Shown here: positions 31,112 through 41,644 of the stretch, piece after piece
How the letters are laid out: each line of letters opens with the position of its first letter
How positions within the stretch are numbered: position 1 is the stretch's first letter
Source: an uncultured candidate division Zixibacteria bacterium
GTDB lineage: Bacteria; Zixibacteria; MSB-5A5; UBA10806; 4484-95
DNA length: 64,000 nt
Assembly (NCBI GenBank): GCA_963668625.2
Contig: CAXXKA010000010.1
Location: 128,001-192,000 of the forward strand
Direction of reading: 5' to 3'
Position numbers and translations under genes: made by a program
The notes under the pieces: generated by a model
Seen by the model: the letters and a program-made list of their open reading frames with translations, nothing else
What the model was told of the DNA's origin: nothing
The model's database searches: none

Positions 31112-34100
31112 CTACTTGAGTAATACCAGTTTCTCCATACTAACATCAATATTTTCATTATCCGCTTTAAGTTTAGCGAAATATATGCCGGAGGCAATCT
31201 TGTCGCCGGCGCCGTTGGTAGCGTTCCATACTACCTGATGGTATCCGGCATCGAGATAGCCGCTCACCAACTCGGTTACCTTACGGCCGGTGACATCGTA
31301 AATCGTAAGCGATACGTAATCGGCCTCGGGCATGGTAAACTCGATATTGGTGACCGGGTTGAACGGATTCGGGAAGCAGTTGGCGATACCGAACGTCTCC
31401 GGCAGCGGCATCTCGTACGATACCACGGTGTTGGCCAGCGCACCCTGGGCGCTCGAAACGTAAAGCTCGGAGGGCGAGAGGTGGAATCCGGTAGCGTTGT
31501 CTATTCTCAGTATATCCGATGAACCGGCCGGCAATGTCGCGCCGTTCTCGCTGTAGACCAGTACCCTGACTTTATCGTTCATTTCGGTTATCTCGACATT
31601 CATTTCAAGTTCACTGTTGTAGGTGATCGAATGATTAGCCAGATCGGGTATCGGTATCTCCAGCAACAATCCGCCGACCTCATATTCGGCCTCGACCTGA
31701 ATTATCGCCGAACCATCGCTTTGATGGGCCACTACCAGGTCGGTAGGTGTCGTGGGCGGCGCTATCTTGCCGAGTGTCGTGCTGCCGTTAATAACGTTTA
31801 TCATCATGATCAGGTCGGCAACCGAGGCTTCGATCTCATCCTCGTTAACATCCGAGGCCGCCATCTGAGCATCACTGAACGAGTATTGCATCGGATCGAT
31901 AAGATGGTTGGCCAGCAGTACAACATCGCCTACCTCGAACGGCAGACGGTTCATGTTAAGATCGCCGAGTACCAGGTCACAGTCATTTATCACGATAATC
32001 GAGCCGCAGTACATATTTAGCTTCCAGGTTCCGAACTGGCTGCTATCGGGTTGATCGGAGCAGCCATCGCCCCACCAGACATGATACCCGGTGGAGTCGG
32101 CAACCGCGTTATCCTGGATTTCATCCTCGTTGGTGAAACAGATCGGTATAACGAAATCGGTCGGGTATTCGTCGGGCTCCAACTGGAACTCCAGGTAGAA
32201 TATCGGTTCGGTTGGATCGATATCGCATAGCGGTCCGTGATATACCTGATTGTTCAGGTCGGCGATATAGGTCAGTTTGACCGTGCCCGGCCCGAAAGCA
32301 TCAATGTGAATGTTGTGGTATTCCTCACCGAAATCGAGATTTGCGGCCGGGTAAACATCCACCAGGTTAAGTATTGAGGGATCCCAATCGATCGAGCTGG
32401 ATATACTTCCCACACAAAGACAATCGTAGGTATCGAGATAAACTCCGACCAATCCGGTCATGCCGGGCATTACGTATACGTTCTCATCCAAATGCATGTC
32501 GATATAACCGAGCACGGTTACCTCGTACACCATCAGTACGTCATCTATACATAAGCCGTCATCACACTCGATAACTATTTCGTACTGGTTATGCTCATCG
32601 CAATCGTAGTCCTCGGTGTAGAAACAGTAGAGTCCGAGCCAGTGGCCGGGTTCATCTATTATCGGTATCAGGCCGCCGTAATTGGTGGTCATCTCTATCA
32701 TGTCGCCGTCGGCATCGATAACCTCGATCGTATCGCAGAAATCCTCGTACACGCACACGGAGGTTGTGTCGCTAAGAGGTCTGACTATCTCCGGACAGGT
32801 GTTCAGGATTATCGTGATCTCGGTAGTACATTGTTCGTACAGGCCGCATTCATCGGTTACTGTCAGCGTAATCGTGTTCAAACCCTCGACAGGTGTGAAA
32901 CAGACCTCGGTTCCAGTAAGCGTACCGTTATCGACAACGGCGCTCTGTATATTATCATCAGCATCGGCATAGATAAATCCATCAACGCAGAGCTCTGTCA
33001 GCTCGCCCACCTGAATCACCGTATCGTTCGGGCAGATAACGGTAGGCGCGCTGTTAAGTGATATATTTACCTCGGTGAAACACTGATCGGCCTCGCCGCA
33101 GGCATCGGTAACTGTCATCGTTATCGTATTAATGCCTATCGCCGGTGTGAAACACACCTGGCTGCCAGTCAACGTACCGCCGGCAACTGTAACATCGGTG
33201 ATATTGTCATCGATATCAGTAGCAACGAATCCATCGAGGCAGATATCGTTAAGATCGCAAATCAGCATATCGAGATTACCGGGGCAGGTTGCCACAGGCG
33301 GCGTGTTCAGCGTAACCGTGATATCGGTCTGGCACTGGTTAACCTCGCCGCAAGCATCGGTAACCGCCAATGTGATAGTGTTAACACCCTCAACCGGCGT
33401 GAAACAAACCTCGGTGCCGGTTAGTGTACCGCCTGTCACCGTCACATCGGTAATATTGTCATCGGCGTCGCTGTAGCTGAATCCGTCTATGCAGATCTCG
33501 GAAAGATCGCACACCGACAGGTCTTCATCACCGGGACAGTTAACCACAGGTTGGGAGTTGAGAGCCACCGTAATCTCGGTAACACAGACATCCTGTTCAC
33601 CACAGGCATCGGTAACCGTTGCCGTGATAGTGTTTACGCCCTCAATCGGCGTGAAACAGACCTGACTGCCGGCAAGCGTGCCACCATCGATATCTATACT
33701 GGTTATGTTATCATCAGGATCGGTAAACGAGAACCCGTCAACGCATATCTCGGATAAATCGCAGACCAGGATCGCGTTATCGCCGGGACATGTCGCTACA
33801 GGCGGGTTGTTTAACGATATCGTGATATTAGTCGTGCACTGGTCTGTCTGGCCACAGGCATCGGTTACAGTCAGGGTGATAGTGTTGACACCCTCAACCG
33901 GCGTGAAACAAACCTCGGTACCGGTTAACGTTCCGCCTGTCACCGTCACATCGGTGATATTGTCATCGGCGTCGCTGTAGCTGAATCCATCAAGACATAT
34001 CTCCGACAGGTCGCAGACAGTCATCTGGTCATCACCGGGACAGCTTACGACCGGCACATCATTGAGATTAACCGTGATATTAGTAGTACACTGGTCTGTC

Positions 34101-37100
34101 TGGCCACAGGCATCGGTTACAGTCAATGTGATAGTGTTAACACCCTCAACCGGCGTGAAACAGACTTGGCTGCCGGCTAGAGTACCGCCGGTCACCGTCA
34201 CATCGGTGATATTGTCATCGACATCGCTGTAGCTGAATCCATCAAGGCATATCTCCGACAGGTCGCAGACAGTCATCTGCTGATCACCGGGGCAGGCAAC
34301 TACGGGTGCGTGATTGAACGCCACCGTTATATTGGTGGTGCACTGATCTGTCTGGCCACAGGCGTCGGTAACCTCAAGGGTGATAGTGTTGACACCCTCG
34401 ACCGGTGTGAAACAAACCTCGGTGCCGGTTAGTGTACCGCCTGTCACCGTCACATCGGTGATATTGTCATCGGCGTCGCTGTAGCTGAATCCGTCGAGGC
34501 ATATCTCGCCGGTGCTGCAAAGCAGGGTGTCGATATCGCCGGGACAGCTAACTACAGGAGCGTCGTTTAAGTCTATTGTTATGTTTGTCGTGCACTGGTC
34601 TGTCTGGCCACAGGCATCGGTTACAGTCAATGTGATAGTGTTGACACCCTCAACCGGCGTGAAACAAACCTCGGTGCCGGTTAACGTTCCGCCTGTCACC
34701 GTCACATCGGTGATATTGTCATCGGCGTCGCTGTAGCTGAATCCATCAAGACATATCTCCGACAGGTCGCAGACAGTCATCTGGTCATCACCGGGACAGC
34801 TTACGACCGGCGCATCATTGAGATTAACCGTGATATTAGTAGTACACTGGTCTGTCTGACCACAGGCATCGGTTACAGTCAGGGTGATAGTGTTAACACC
34901 CTCAACCGGTGTGAAACAAACCTCGGTGCCGGTTAGTGTACCGCCTGTCACCGTCACATCGGTGATATTGTCATCGACATCGCTGTAGCTGAATCCGTCT
35001 ATGCAGATCTCGGACAGGTCGCAGACAGTCATCTGCTGATCACCGGGGCAGGCAACTACGGGCGCGTGATTGAACGCCACCGTTATATTGGTAGTGCACT
35101 GATCTGTTTGGCCACAGGCGTCGGTAACCTCAAGGGTGATAGTGTTGACACCCTCGACCGGTGTGAAACAAACCTCGGTGCCGGTTAGTGTACCGCCTGT
35201 CACCGTCACATCGGTGATATTGTCGTCAGCGTCGTTGTAGCTGAATCCGTCGAGGCATATCTCGCCGGTGCTGCAAAGCAGGGTGTCGATATCGCCGGGA
35301 CAGCTAACTACAGGAGCGTCGTTTAAGTCTATTGTTATGTTTGTCGTGCACTGGTCTGTCTGACCACAGGCATCGGTTACAGTCAATGTGATAGTGTTGA
35401 CACCCTCAACCGGCGTGAAACAAACCTCGGTACCGGTTAACGTTCCACCGGTAACCGTCACATCGGTGATATTGTCATCGGCGTCGCTGTAGCTGAATCC
35501 GTCTATGCATATCTCCGACAGGTCGCAGACAGTCATCTGCTGATCACCGGGGCAGGCAACTACGGGTGCGTGATTGAACGCCACCGTGATATTGGTAGTG
35601 CACTGATCTGTCTGGCCACAGGCATCGGTAACCTCAAGGGTGATAGTATTAACACCCTCAACCGGCGTGAAACAAACCTCGGTACCGGTAAGTGTACCGC
35701 CTGTCACCGTCACATCGGTTATATTGTCATCGACATCGCTGTAGCTGAATCCGTCTATGCATATCTCCGACAGGTCGCAGACAGTCATCTGCTGATCACC
35801 GGGGCAGGCAACTACGGGTGCGTGATTGAACGCCACCGTGATATTGGCAGTGCACTGATCTGTCTGGCCACAGGCGTCGGTAACCTCAAGGGTGATAGTG
35901 TTGACACCCTCGACCGGTGTGAAACAAACCTCGGTACCGGTAAGTGTTCCGCCGGTGACCGTTACATCGGTGATATTGTCATCGGCGTCGCTGTAGCTGA
36001 ATCCGTCGAGGCATATCTCGCCGGGCTCGCACAGGAATATGGAGGTATCACCGGGACAGCTTACCGTTGGATTGCTGTTAAGCTCGACAGTAATGTTAGT
36101 CGCGCACTGTGATATCTCGCCGCAGCCATCGGTGACCGTGAACGTGATAGTATTCAAACCCTCAACCGGCGTGAAACAGACCTCGGTACCGCTAAGCGTA
36201 CCCAGGTCAACAACGGCCGAGGTTATATTGTCGTTAGCATCATAAGCCACGAAACCGTCCAGGCAGATATCGCCACCGGGCTCGCACAGGAAAATAGTGG
36301 TATCGCCGGGGCAACTTGCCTGAGGTGGGACATTGAGGCCGACATTGACTACGGTCTGGCATTGAGCGGTATCTCCGCAAGCATCCACTACCGTGTAGAC
36401 TATCGTATTAATGCCGGCTGCCGGCGTGAAGCAAACCGTACCGCCGCTTAACGTGCCCAGGCTGACAGTCTCGCTTACTATGTTATCATCATCATCGCTG
36501 GAGCTGAAACCGGTCAGGCAGATATTCGAGCCGGTATCGCACAGGAACAAAGCCGTATCACCGGGGCAGGTCGCCGTAGGCGGGGTGTTAACGAACACAT
36601 CGACCGTGGTAATAGAGGTATCGGCCTCACCGCAATCATCAACTGCGATCAGCATCAGCTCGTTTAAGCCCTCCACCGGTGTGAAACAAATCTCGGTACC
36701 GCTTAATGTACCGCCGACCGCCGTACAGGAGGCCAGGTTGTTATCCGGGTCGCTGCAGTAGAAACCGTCGATACAGATATCCTCGAGATCACAGAGGAAC
36801 ACCGTAGTATCGGCGAATACGCCGGGCTTGCTGCCATCGAACGGGCCGTGCGCCACCGGCGGGCTGTTTAGTACAATATCGATATTGGTGTAGCAGGTGT
36901 CCGCCACTCCGCATTCATCCGTGACAATGAGCGTAATAGTCTTGGTCGGACCCTCAGGGATGAAACAGACCGTGTCCTCGTGAATCTCGCAGCCGATTAT
37001 CTGCACCGATTCTATATTATCATCCAGATCGGAATAAGTGAATCCGGGGATACAAATCTCGGAGTAATCGCAAACGAAAATCGAGGTATCGCCGGGGCAA

Positions 37101-38842
37101 TTCACCTCAGGAGCGTGATTATAGTTCAAAGTAATGTTTGTTTCGCAAGTATCCGAGGCCCCGCAGGCATCGGTTACGATATACGTAATAGTCTTATTCG
37201 GCCCCTCCGGGGTAAAACAGACAGTGTCCTGGTGAAGCTCACAGCCTATCACCTGAACACCGGTTACGTTATCATCGGGGTCGGAATAGTTGAAACCGGG
37301 GATGCATATATCCTCGGTATCATCACAGACAAATAAAGTCTGGTCGCCGGGACAGATCGCGGTCGGCGGAGTGTTGAGCTCTACTGTCACTACTGTCTGG
37401 CTGGTATCGGAATCACCGCTGGTATCGGTGGCAATGAGTGTAATCGTGTATGCTCCGGCCGAGGTGGGCGTGAAACATACCGAACCGCCGCTTAACGTTC
37501 CCGGGGAAACCTCGCAGGATTCCAGGTTACCGTCAACATCCGAACAACTGAAACCGGGTATACATATCTCGCCCAGTTCGCAAACGAACAGGGTGGTGTC
37601 ACCGGGGCATTCCGCAACCGGGGGATTATTGCAGTATACGCCCAGTATCATATCGTTATGATCCCAGTTGGCCGAGGTATGATCGTCGTCGATATAGATG
37701 AGATAGTCGAAATCCCCCGAGGTAGTGTAATCCTCGGAGGGGCAGATAAACTCGTAAGTCGAGTTATTGCCTTTATAACCTCTAACATCGTAAACCATAA
37801 ACCACTGATGTTCATTGGCGAACGAGTTCCTCGTTAAGAACCTCTCCGAAAATAAATAGGAATCGTTGCCGTTGAAAACCTGATCGTTGTTCGTATCATT
37901 CAAAAGCCAGAGGCCGATCGAATCACCTCCGGGAATATTCGTAGTGAATGTATAACCTTCGGAGTCAGGGCCCCAGAATACCGTGCTCTGGTTCGTTCCG
38001 GTACCCGGATCGGTGTAATAACCCAGCATGTTTACATTCAACCAGTTGGTGTATTCTTTCAGAAGAGTCCAGGTCTGCCGGCTGTCACATAGCGATAAAA
38101 GTACATCGTTATGGTCATTGGCCATCGGCTCGATCTGCACGTCATCGACAAGCAGGTGCGGCCCGACCGTGGTTATGACATCCTCGTTAACCTCCCGGTC
38201 GCCGTCATACGCCTTGGAAAATATCGGCTGTCCGTTTTCGCCGATTATCATTTTCGGGAAAGCGTTGTTCATCAAGCTCTGCGCATCCGCCGCCTGATTA
38301 AAATAACCGGAAATATCATCATTTGAATCGAAATAAAAATCATTATCATTGTCAGCAAAAGCCCTTACCAGAGCCTCGCCCTCGAAACCTTCGATAGTCA
38401 TGGTTTTCGAGTAATAATCGATACCATCATACCGGAAAGCGTATTCCCAGTCGGTTCGATCGACTTTGCCTAAGTTCCAGAGATAGTATGGCGCGCTAAA
38501 GCCCTCAGCCAGTATCGCGTCTCCGCTTTCCTGTATTCTTTGTGATACTTTTCCGTTCACCAGCGCCTTGGCGCCTTTTTCGCCGGAAAGCGCCAGTACT
38601 ATATCATTGGCGCCAGAGATACTCTCGGAGGCGAAAACGGTTACTTCGGATGATCCATTCAGAACATCGGTGATAAAGAATTGTGAGTTTTCCAGGGATG
38701 AGCTCGTGGTTTCATTTACACCTACCAAAAGATCAACCGAACCGAAAGCGAATGAGGATAAGGAAAGAGTAAGAGTAAAAGCGCCAATCATTCTGGAGAG
38801 GCTAGAATGATTGAGGCTCTTGAAAAATCGTAACAAGTTCAT
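31112..38842 (-). CDS. 2576-aa secreted protein: DUF4114-like region, ~19-20 Cys-rich 84-aa Ig/HYR-like repeats, cohesin-like, dockerin and FlgD/T9SS-type C-terminal domains
   Basis: Signal peptide; repeats N.P...CPGD...EVCFTPVEGVNTITL.VTDACG; dockerin GDLNMN/SDVNED; CFPNPFNP C-terminal domain; TTGACA-N17-TATATT promoter at 39032-39004. Confidence 0.9.
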   Translation of the reverse strand: MNLLRFFKSLNHSSLSRMIGAFTLTLSLSSFAFGSVDLLVGVNETTSSSLENSQFFITDVLNGSSEVTVFASESISGANDIVLALSGEKGAKALVNGKVSQRIQESGDAILAEGFSAPYYLWNLGKVDRTDWEYAFRYDGIDYYSKTMTIEGFEGEALVRAFADNDNDFYFDSNDDISGYFNQAADAQSLMNNAFPKMIIGENGQPIFSKAYDGDREVNEDVITTVGPHLLVDDVQIEPMANDHNDVLLSLCDSRQTWTLLKEYTNWLNVNMLGYYTDPGTGTNQSTVFWGPDSEGYTFTTNIPGGDSIGLWLLNDTNNDQVFNGNDSYLFSERFLTRNSFANEHQWFMVYDVRGYKGNNSTYEFICPSEDYTTSGDFDYLIYIDDDHTSANWDHNDMILGVYCNNPPVAECPGDTTLFVCELGEICIPGFSCSDVDGNLESCEVSPGTLSGGSVCFTPTSAGAYTITLIATDTSGDSDTSQTVVTVELNTPPTAICPGDQTLFVCDDTEDICIPGFNYSDPDDNVTGVQVIGCELHQDTVCFTPEGPNKTITYIVTDACGASDTCETNITLNYNHAPEVNCPGDTSIFVCDYSEICIPGFTYSDLDDNIESVQIIGCEIHEDTVCFIPEGPTKTITLIVTDECGVADTCYTNIDIVLNSPPVAHGPFDGSKPGVFADTTVFLCDLEDICIDGFYCSDPDNNLASCTAVGGTLSGTEICFTPVEGLNELMLIAVDDCGEADTSITTVDVFVNTPPTATCPGDTALFLCDTGSNICLTGFSSSDDDDNIVSETVSLGTLSGGTVCFTPAAGINTIVYTVVDACGDTAQCQTVVNVGLNVPPQASCPGDTTIFLCEPGGDICLDGFVAYDANDNITSAVVDLGTLSGTEVCFTPVEGLNTITFTVTDGCGEISQCATNITVELNSNPTVSCPGDTSIFLCEPGEICLDGFSYSDADDNITDVTVTGGTLTGTEVCFTPVEGVNTITLEVTDACGQTDQCTANITVAFNHAPVVACPGDQQMTVCDLSEICIDGFSYSDVDDNITDVTVTGGTLTGTEVCFTPVEGVNTITLEVTDACGQTDQCTTNITVAFNHAPVVACPGDQQMTVCDLSEICIDGFSYSDADDNITDVTVTGGTLTGTEVCFTPVEGVNTITLTVTDACGQTDQCTTNITIDLNDAPVVSCPGDIDTLLCSTGEICLDGFSYNDADDNITDVTVTGGTLTGTEVCFTPVEGVNTITLEVTDACGQTDQCTTNITVAFNHAPVVACPGDQQMTVCDLSEICIDGFSYSDVDDNITDVTVTGGTLTGTEVCFTPVEGVNTITLTVTDACGQTDQCTTNITVNLNDAPVVSCPGDDQMTVCDLSEICLDGFSYSDADDNITDVTVTGGTLTGTEVCFTPVEGVNTITLTVTDACGQTDQCTTNITIDLNDAPVVSCPGDIDTLLCSTGEICLDGFSYSDADDNITDVTVTGGTLTGTEVCFTPVEGVNTITLEVTDACGQTDQCTTNITVAFNHAPVVACPGDQQMTVCDLSEICLDGFSYSDVDDNITDVTVTGGTLAGSQVCFTPVEGVNTITLTVTDACGQTDQCTTNITVNLNDVPVVSCPGDDQMTVCDLSEICLDGFSYSDADDNITDVTVTGGTLTGTEVCFTPVEGVNTITLTVTDACGQTDQCTTNITISLNNPPVATCPGDNAILVCDLSEICVDGFSFTDPDDNITSIDIDGGTLAGSQVCFTPIEGVNTITATVTDACGEQDVCVTEITVALNSQPVVNCPGDEDLSVCDLSEICIDGFSYSDADDNITDVTVTGGTLTGTEVCFTPVEGVNTITLAVTDACGEVNQCQTDITVTLNTPPVATCPGNLDMLICDLNDICLDGFVATDIDDNITDVTVAGGTLTGSQVCFTPAIGINTITMTVTDACGEADQCFTEVNISLNSAPTVICPNDTVIQVGELTELCVDGFIYADADDNIQSAVVDNGTLTGTEVCFTPVEGLNTITLTVTDECGLYEQCTTEITIILNTCPEIVRPLSDTTSVCVYEDFCDTIEVIDADGDMIEMTTNYGGLIPIIDEPGHWLGLYCFYTEDYDCDEHNQYEIVIECDDGLCIDDVLMVYEVTVLGYIDMHLDENVYVMPGMTGLVGVYLDTYDCLCVGSISSSIDWDPSILNLVDVYPAANLDFGEEYHNIHIDAFGPGTVKLTYIADLNNQVYHGPLCDIDPTEPIFYLEFQLEPDEYPTDFVIPICFTNEDEIQDNAVADSTGYHVWWGDGCSDQPDSSQFGTWKLNMYCGSIIVINDCDLVLGDLNMNRLPFEVGDVVLLANHLIDPMQYSFSDAQMAASDVNEDEIEASVADLIMMINVINGSTTLGKIAPPTTPTDLVVAHQSDGSAIIQVEAEYEVGGLLLEIPIPDLANHSITYNSELEMNVEITEMNDKVRVLVYSENGATLPAGSSDILRIDNATGFHLSPSELYVSSAQGALANTVVSYEMPLPETFGIANCFPNPFNPVTNIEFTMPEADYVSLTIYDVTGRKVTELVSGYLDAGYHQVVWNATNGAGDKIASGIYFAKLKADNENIDVSMEKLVLLK
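32810..37630 (-). repeat. Intragenic 252-bp tandem repeats
   Basis: Central units are near-identical at DNA level, with a higher-order 756-bp period. Confidence 0.9.
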
Positions 38843-39063
38843 GAATTCCCCCAGTGGAATGTTTGAACAACTCAGTTAACGGTTTAGTAATGGTTATACA
38901 AATGTTATTTTTACAGAATAATGCTTGGGGAAGCCGGTTGACCGACCTGACTGATTTCCTGAAGAACCCCAAGAAGTTAAGCGACTAATTTACACTCATT
39001 TAGAATATAAACACGGCAATCATGCTTGTCAAGTATATTTTTAGTTTTCCGATAACAAAAAAT

Positions 39064-39273
39064 ATGACAGTAGACTTTAGTTTAATATTAAATAATGCGG
39101 TCATTTCCGGGCGAAATATCGAATACCTGGAACTGAAATGGCAGGAAGAACTTTCGCCAAAACAGTTAGCCGGACGGTTCGATAAATGGCTTTATGATGA
39201 TGAGTTTATCTCTGAAAGTATGCCTGATTTGCTATCGGCCGGGAGATGTCTTCTAACTATAAATCCGCTATAA
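39064..39273 (+). CDS. Small hypothetical protein (69 aa)
   Basis: Protein-like composition; sigma28-like TCAAGTAT-N11-TCCGATAA ends 8 nt before the ATG. Confidence 0.5.
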   Translation: MTVDFSLILNNAVISGRNIEYLELKWQEELSPKQLAGRFDKWLYDDEFISESMPDLLSAGRCLLTINPL

Positions 39274-40443
39274 GTTTTCTATTGATAAAGCGATCCGAAG
39301 CGGTCTGGATTGCACGATATTAAGCCTTTCGAAAAGCTCCTGAACTTGTTTTATGGCTTTTGAGGATTCCTCATTTGATCTTATCAAGTATATGCCCTTA
39401 TTGGACTTGGAGAAATCGCTGGCGTTTTTTATCAGACCGTTTATCAGCTCTGCTTCCTCCAAGCCGGTAAAATCTATTACCGTATTAAAGTCCCTGATTT
39501 TCAGCCCCTTTATATATGCCAGCGAATCGGCATAAACCGGACTGGAGCCTAACTTTATGTAAGCCAGACGGTAATACTCTATTTGTTCCATCACAAGCTT
39601 AATCAAATCCCTGTCAGCCACAGCGTTGCTATCTGAGAAAAAATAGATACCGTCAAGTGTGGGAAATACACCGAATACCGCCCGTAAGTTACTGGCGGAA
39701 AATTCTATATCATCGATGTTTTTGGCCATTCGGTGAGCTTTTAAAATTAACTCCCAACTGTCTCGATCAGCGGGGATTTCCAATATGCACTGGCCCCGGC
39801 TGTTGGATAACGCTTTACTGATTTTATCACCGGGAATCTGATCGGGCTTGAGAATAAAACCGAACGGGATATCCATCCAGATAAGTTCTAATGCGTTTTC
39901 GATTTTGTAGTCGGCAAAATTATCGAATAAGAAGGCGATCGAGGACATCTCCGGTTGTGCCTGACGGCTCGATTTTAGAAGTATCTCTCCCAGCGTATCG
40001 GCCGATTGTGAATGGATCAGGTAAACCAGAAGTCTGTCAGCGTTATCGAGTTCTCCCGAGGTTATCGCCAAATTGTCGAATCCGGCCGAGTTTTGTTTCA
40101 GAACCGTATTGAACCATATGAACGGAAACTCCTCCGGCCAGATAGTCTTGAAACAGGGATGATTGGTTTTAATATTATGATAATCGAATAATGCTTTTTC
40201 TATTTCAATATCAAAAAGTCTGTGATCGTTTAGGGTTTTTCGTATAAGCGAGGCGATCTCAGATTCGGAAATTACTTTCTCGCCGGTGGATATCATACCG
40301 TATCTGACCAGTAAACTTTCGATATTATCATAATATTCATATAAGCATAACGAGACCGCTATGATCAATAACACCAGTACTATGATCGTTCCCCGATGGG
40401 ATTTGAATTGTTTGCGGGTATCTCGCTTTATCCAGGTCTCCAT
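39268..40443 (-). CDS. Membrane-anchored protein, weak similarity to divergent polysaccharide deacetylases
   Basis: N-terminal TM; IAFLFDNF...IPFGF pattern; last gene of the tatD-rsmA operon. Confidence 0.5.
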   Translation of the reverse strand: METWIKRDTRKQFKSHRGTIIVLVLLIIAVSLCLYEYYDNIESLLVRYGMISTGEKVISESEIASLIRKTLNDHRLFDIEIEKALFDYHNIKTNHPCFKTIWPEEFPFIWFNTVLKQNSAGFDNLAITSGELDNADRLLVYLIHSQSADTLGEILLKSSRQAQPEMSSIAFLFDNFADYKIENALELIWMDIPFGFILKPDQIPGDKISKALSNSRGQCILEIPADRDSWELILKAHRMAKNIDDIEFSASNLRAVFGVFPTLDGIYFFSDSNAVADRDLIKLVMEQIEYYRLAYIKLGSSPVYADSLAYIKGLKIRDFNTVIDFTGLEEAELINGLIKNASDFSKSNKGIYLIRSNEESSKAIKQVQELFERLNIVQSRPLRIALSIENL

Positions 40444-40445
40444 AA

Positions 40446-41042
40446 TTATCTGGCTATCGACTGATCCTCCCAGACTCTTACTCTCATCACTTCATCCTCC
40501 AGACGTCTCAATTTAAACACGGCCCAGCCATTGGCCTCGTACTGGGCGTAATTGTAATTCCCGGTTATATCGCGAAGAGAGAGGTAGAAATTGACATTCC
40601 AGACCTCCCAGACCTCGCCGGGATGATCGGGGTGGGTATCGGGTTCCGGTGTCGATCTAAGCGGTATCCAGGTATCCAGACGGATCTCATCGAATGTCTC
40701 GAATAACCGTCGGGTGCGATACAGGTCGCCCGATAAACCATCCCGGGGTATCTCCACTATCTCGATATCCCCGTAACGATCCTGGTCTATATAGATGAAA
40801 ATGAAGTTTTCATCAAGACAGTTTTCATAAACATCAATATCGTTGTTCTCGTAGGCGTACTTGAAATTTGTCATCACGTTGTAAGCGGCCGTCGAATCAT
40901 CAGCAACTTTTTGCGATAGTATAGGAGCTAAAAACTTGGTTTCGGCCTGTGTCGGGGCAAACGGATTAAAACAGGATAAGCAGATCGCAGAACATCCGGC
41001 CAATATCAAAACCACAACTATTTTAACCCGATTAATCATCAA
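40446..41042 (-). CDS. Putative lipoprotein, NTF2/SnoaL-like
   Basis: Lipobox CLSC-FNPF; NFKYAY..DI..YENCL..NFIF. Confidence 0.65.
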   Translation of the reverse strand: MMINRVKIVVVLILAGCSAICLSCFNPFAPTQAETKFLAPILSQKVADDSTAAYNVMTNFKYAYENNDIDVYENCLDENFIFIYIDQDRYGDIEIVEIPRDGLSGDLYRTRRLFETFDEIRLDTWIPLRSTPEPDTHPDHPGEVWEVWNVNFYLSLRDITGNYNYAQYEANGWAVFKLRRLEDEVMRVRVWEDQSIAR

Positions 41043-41644
41043 TTGCGATACTCCGCCTTCAAATCCGCCCAGTTGTCGTTAGAACCACTTACCGGTATTT
41101 CGCTCCACAGGTACAGGCTCCACCAGTTAAACATCGAACGACTGGCGCTGAATGAGGCTAATCCCTCGATAATGGTTGTATCCGCACTGAGCGAATCGAC
41201 ATCGATAATCCTGACAATGTAATCACGATACATCACTGCCAGCGAATCTCCGATACTGTCGGGGTTGTCTGTCGATGTGCTCAAGATCAAGTCGAGGCTT
41301 CGGCTTTCCGCAGCGAACGAACTGAACATGTTCTCCGTCGAGGAGACCTCGGCCGCCTTATCCCAGAAACGATACAAGTAACCGTTACCCTCACCCTCGG
41401 CCTCGATCGAATCCTGGGGAGAGGAAAACCTGAACTCATCGGATAAGCACAACTGGTAGTTTTGTATATTCATCTCACTAACCGCGAACATGAAATTCAA
41501 TAGCACGACCTCCGGTGTTGCCGGTGTCTCCCAGGTACCGCTGGAACCGGCCGGCGCCTGGGCGTCGCGAGTGCCAAACGGGTTTTTCAAACAGGCCGTT
41601 ATCGAGACCATCGCGATTAATATCATTAAAAAATATTTTTTCAA
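41039..41644 (-). CDS. Putative lipoprotein, paralog of 40446-41042
   Basis: ITAC-LKNPF; NFMFAV..NI..YQLCL..EFRF. Confidence 0.65.
   Translation of the reverse strand: MKKYFLMILIAMVSITACLKNPFGTRDAQAPAGSSGTWETPATPEVVLLNFMFAVSEMNIQNYQLCLSDEFRFSSPQDSIEAEGEGNGYLYRFWDKAAEVSSTENMFSSFAAESRSLDLILSTSTDNPDSIGDSLAVMYRDYIVRIIDVDSLSADTTIIEGLASFSASRSMFNWWSLYLWSEIPVSGSNDNWADLKAEYRN

Noticed and set aside
32810-37630. Diversity-generating retroelement template/variable repeats
   Set aside because: Differences between repeats are not adenine-specific, and no reverse transcriptase is present in the window.
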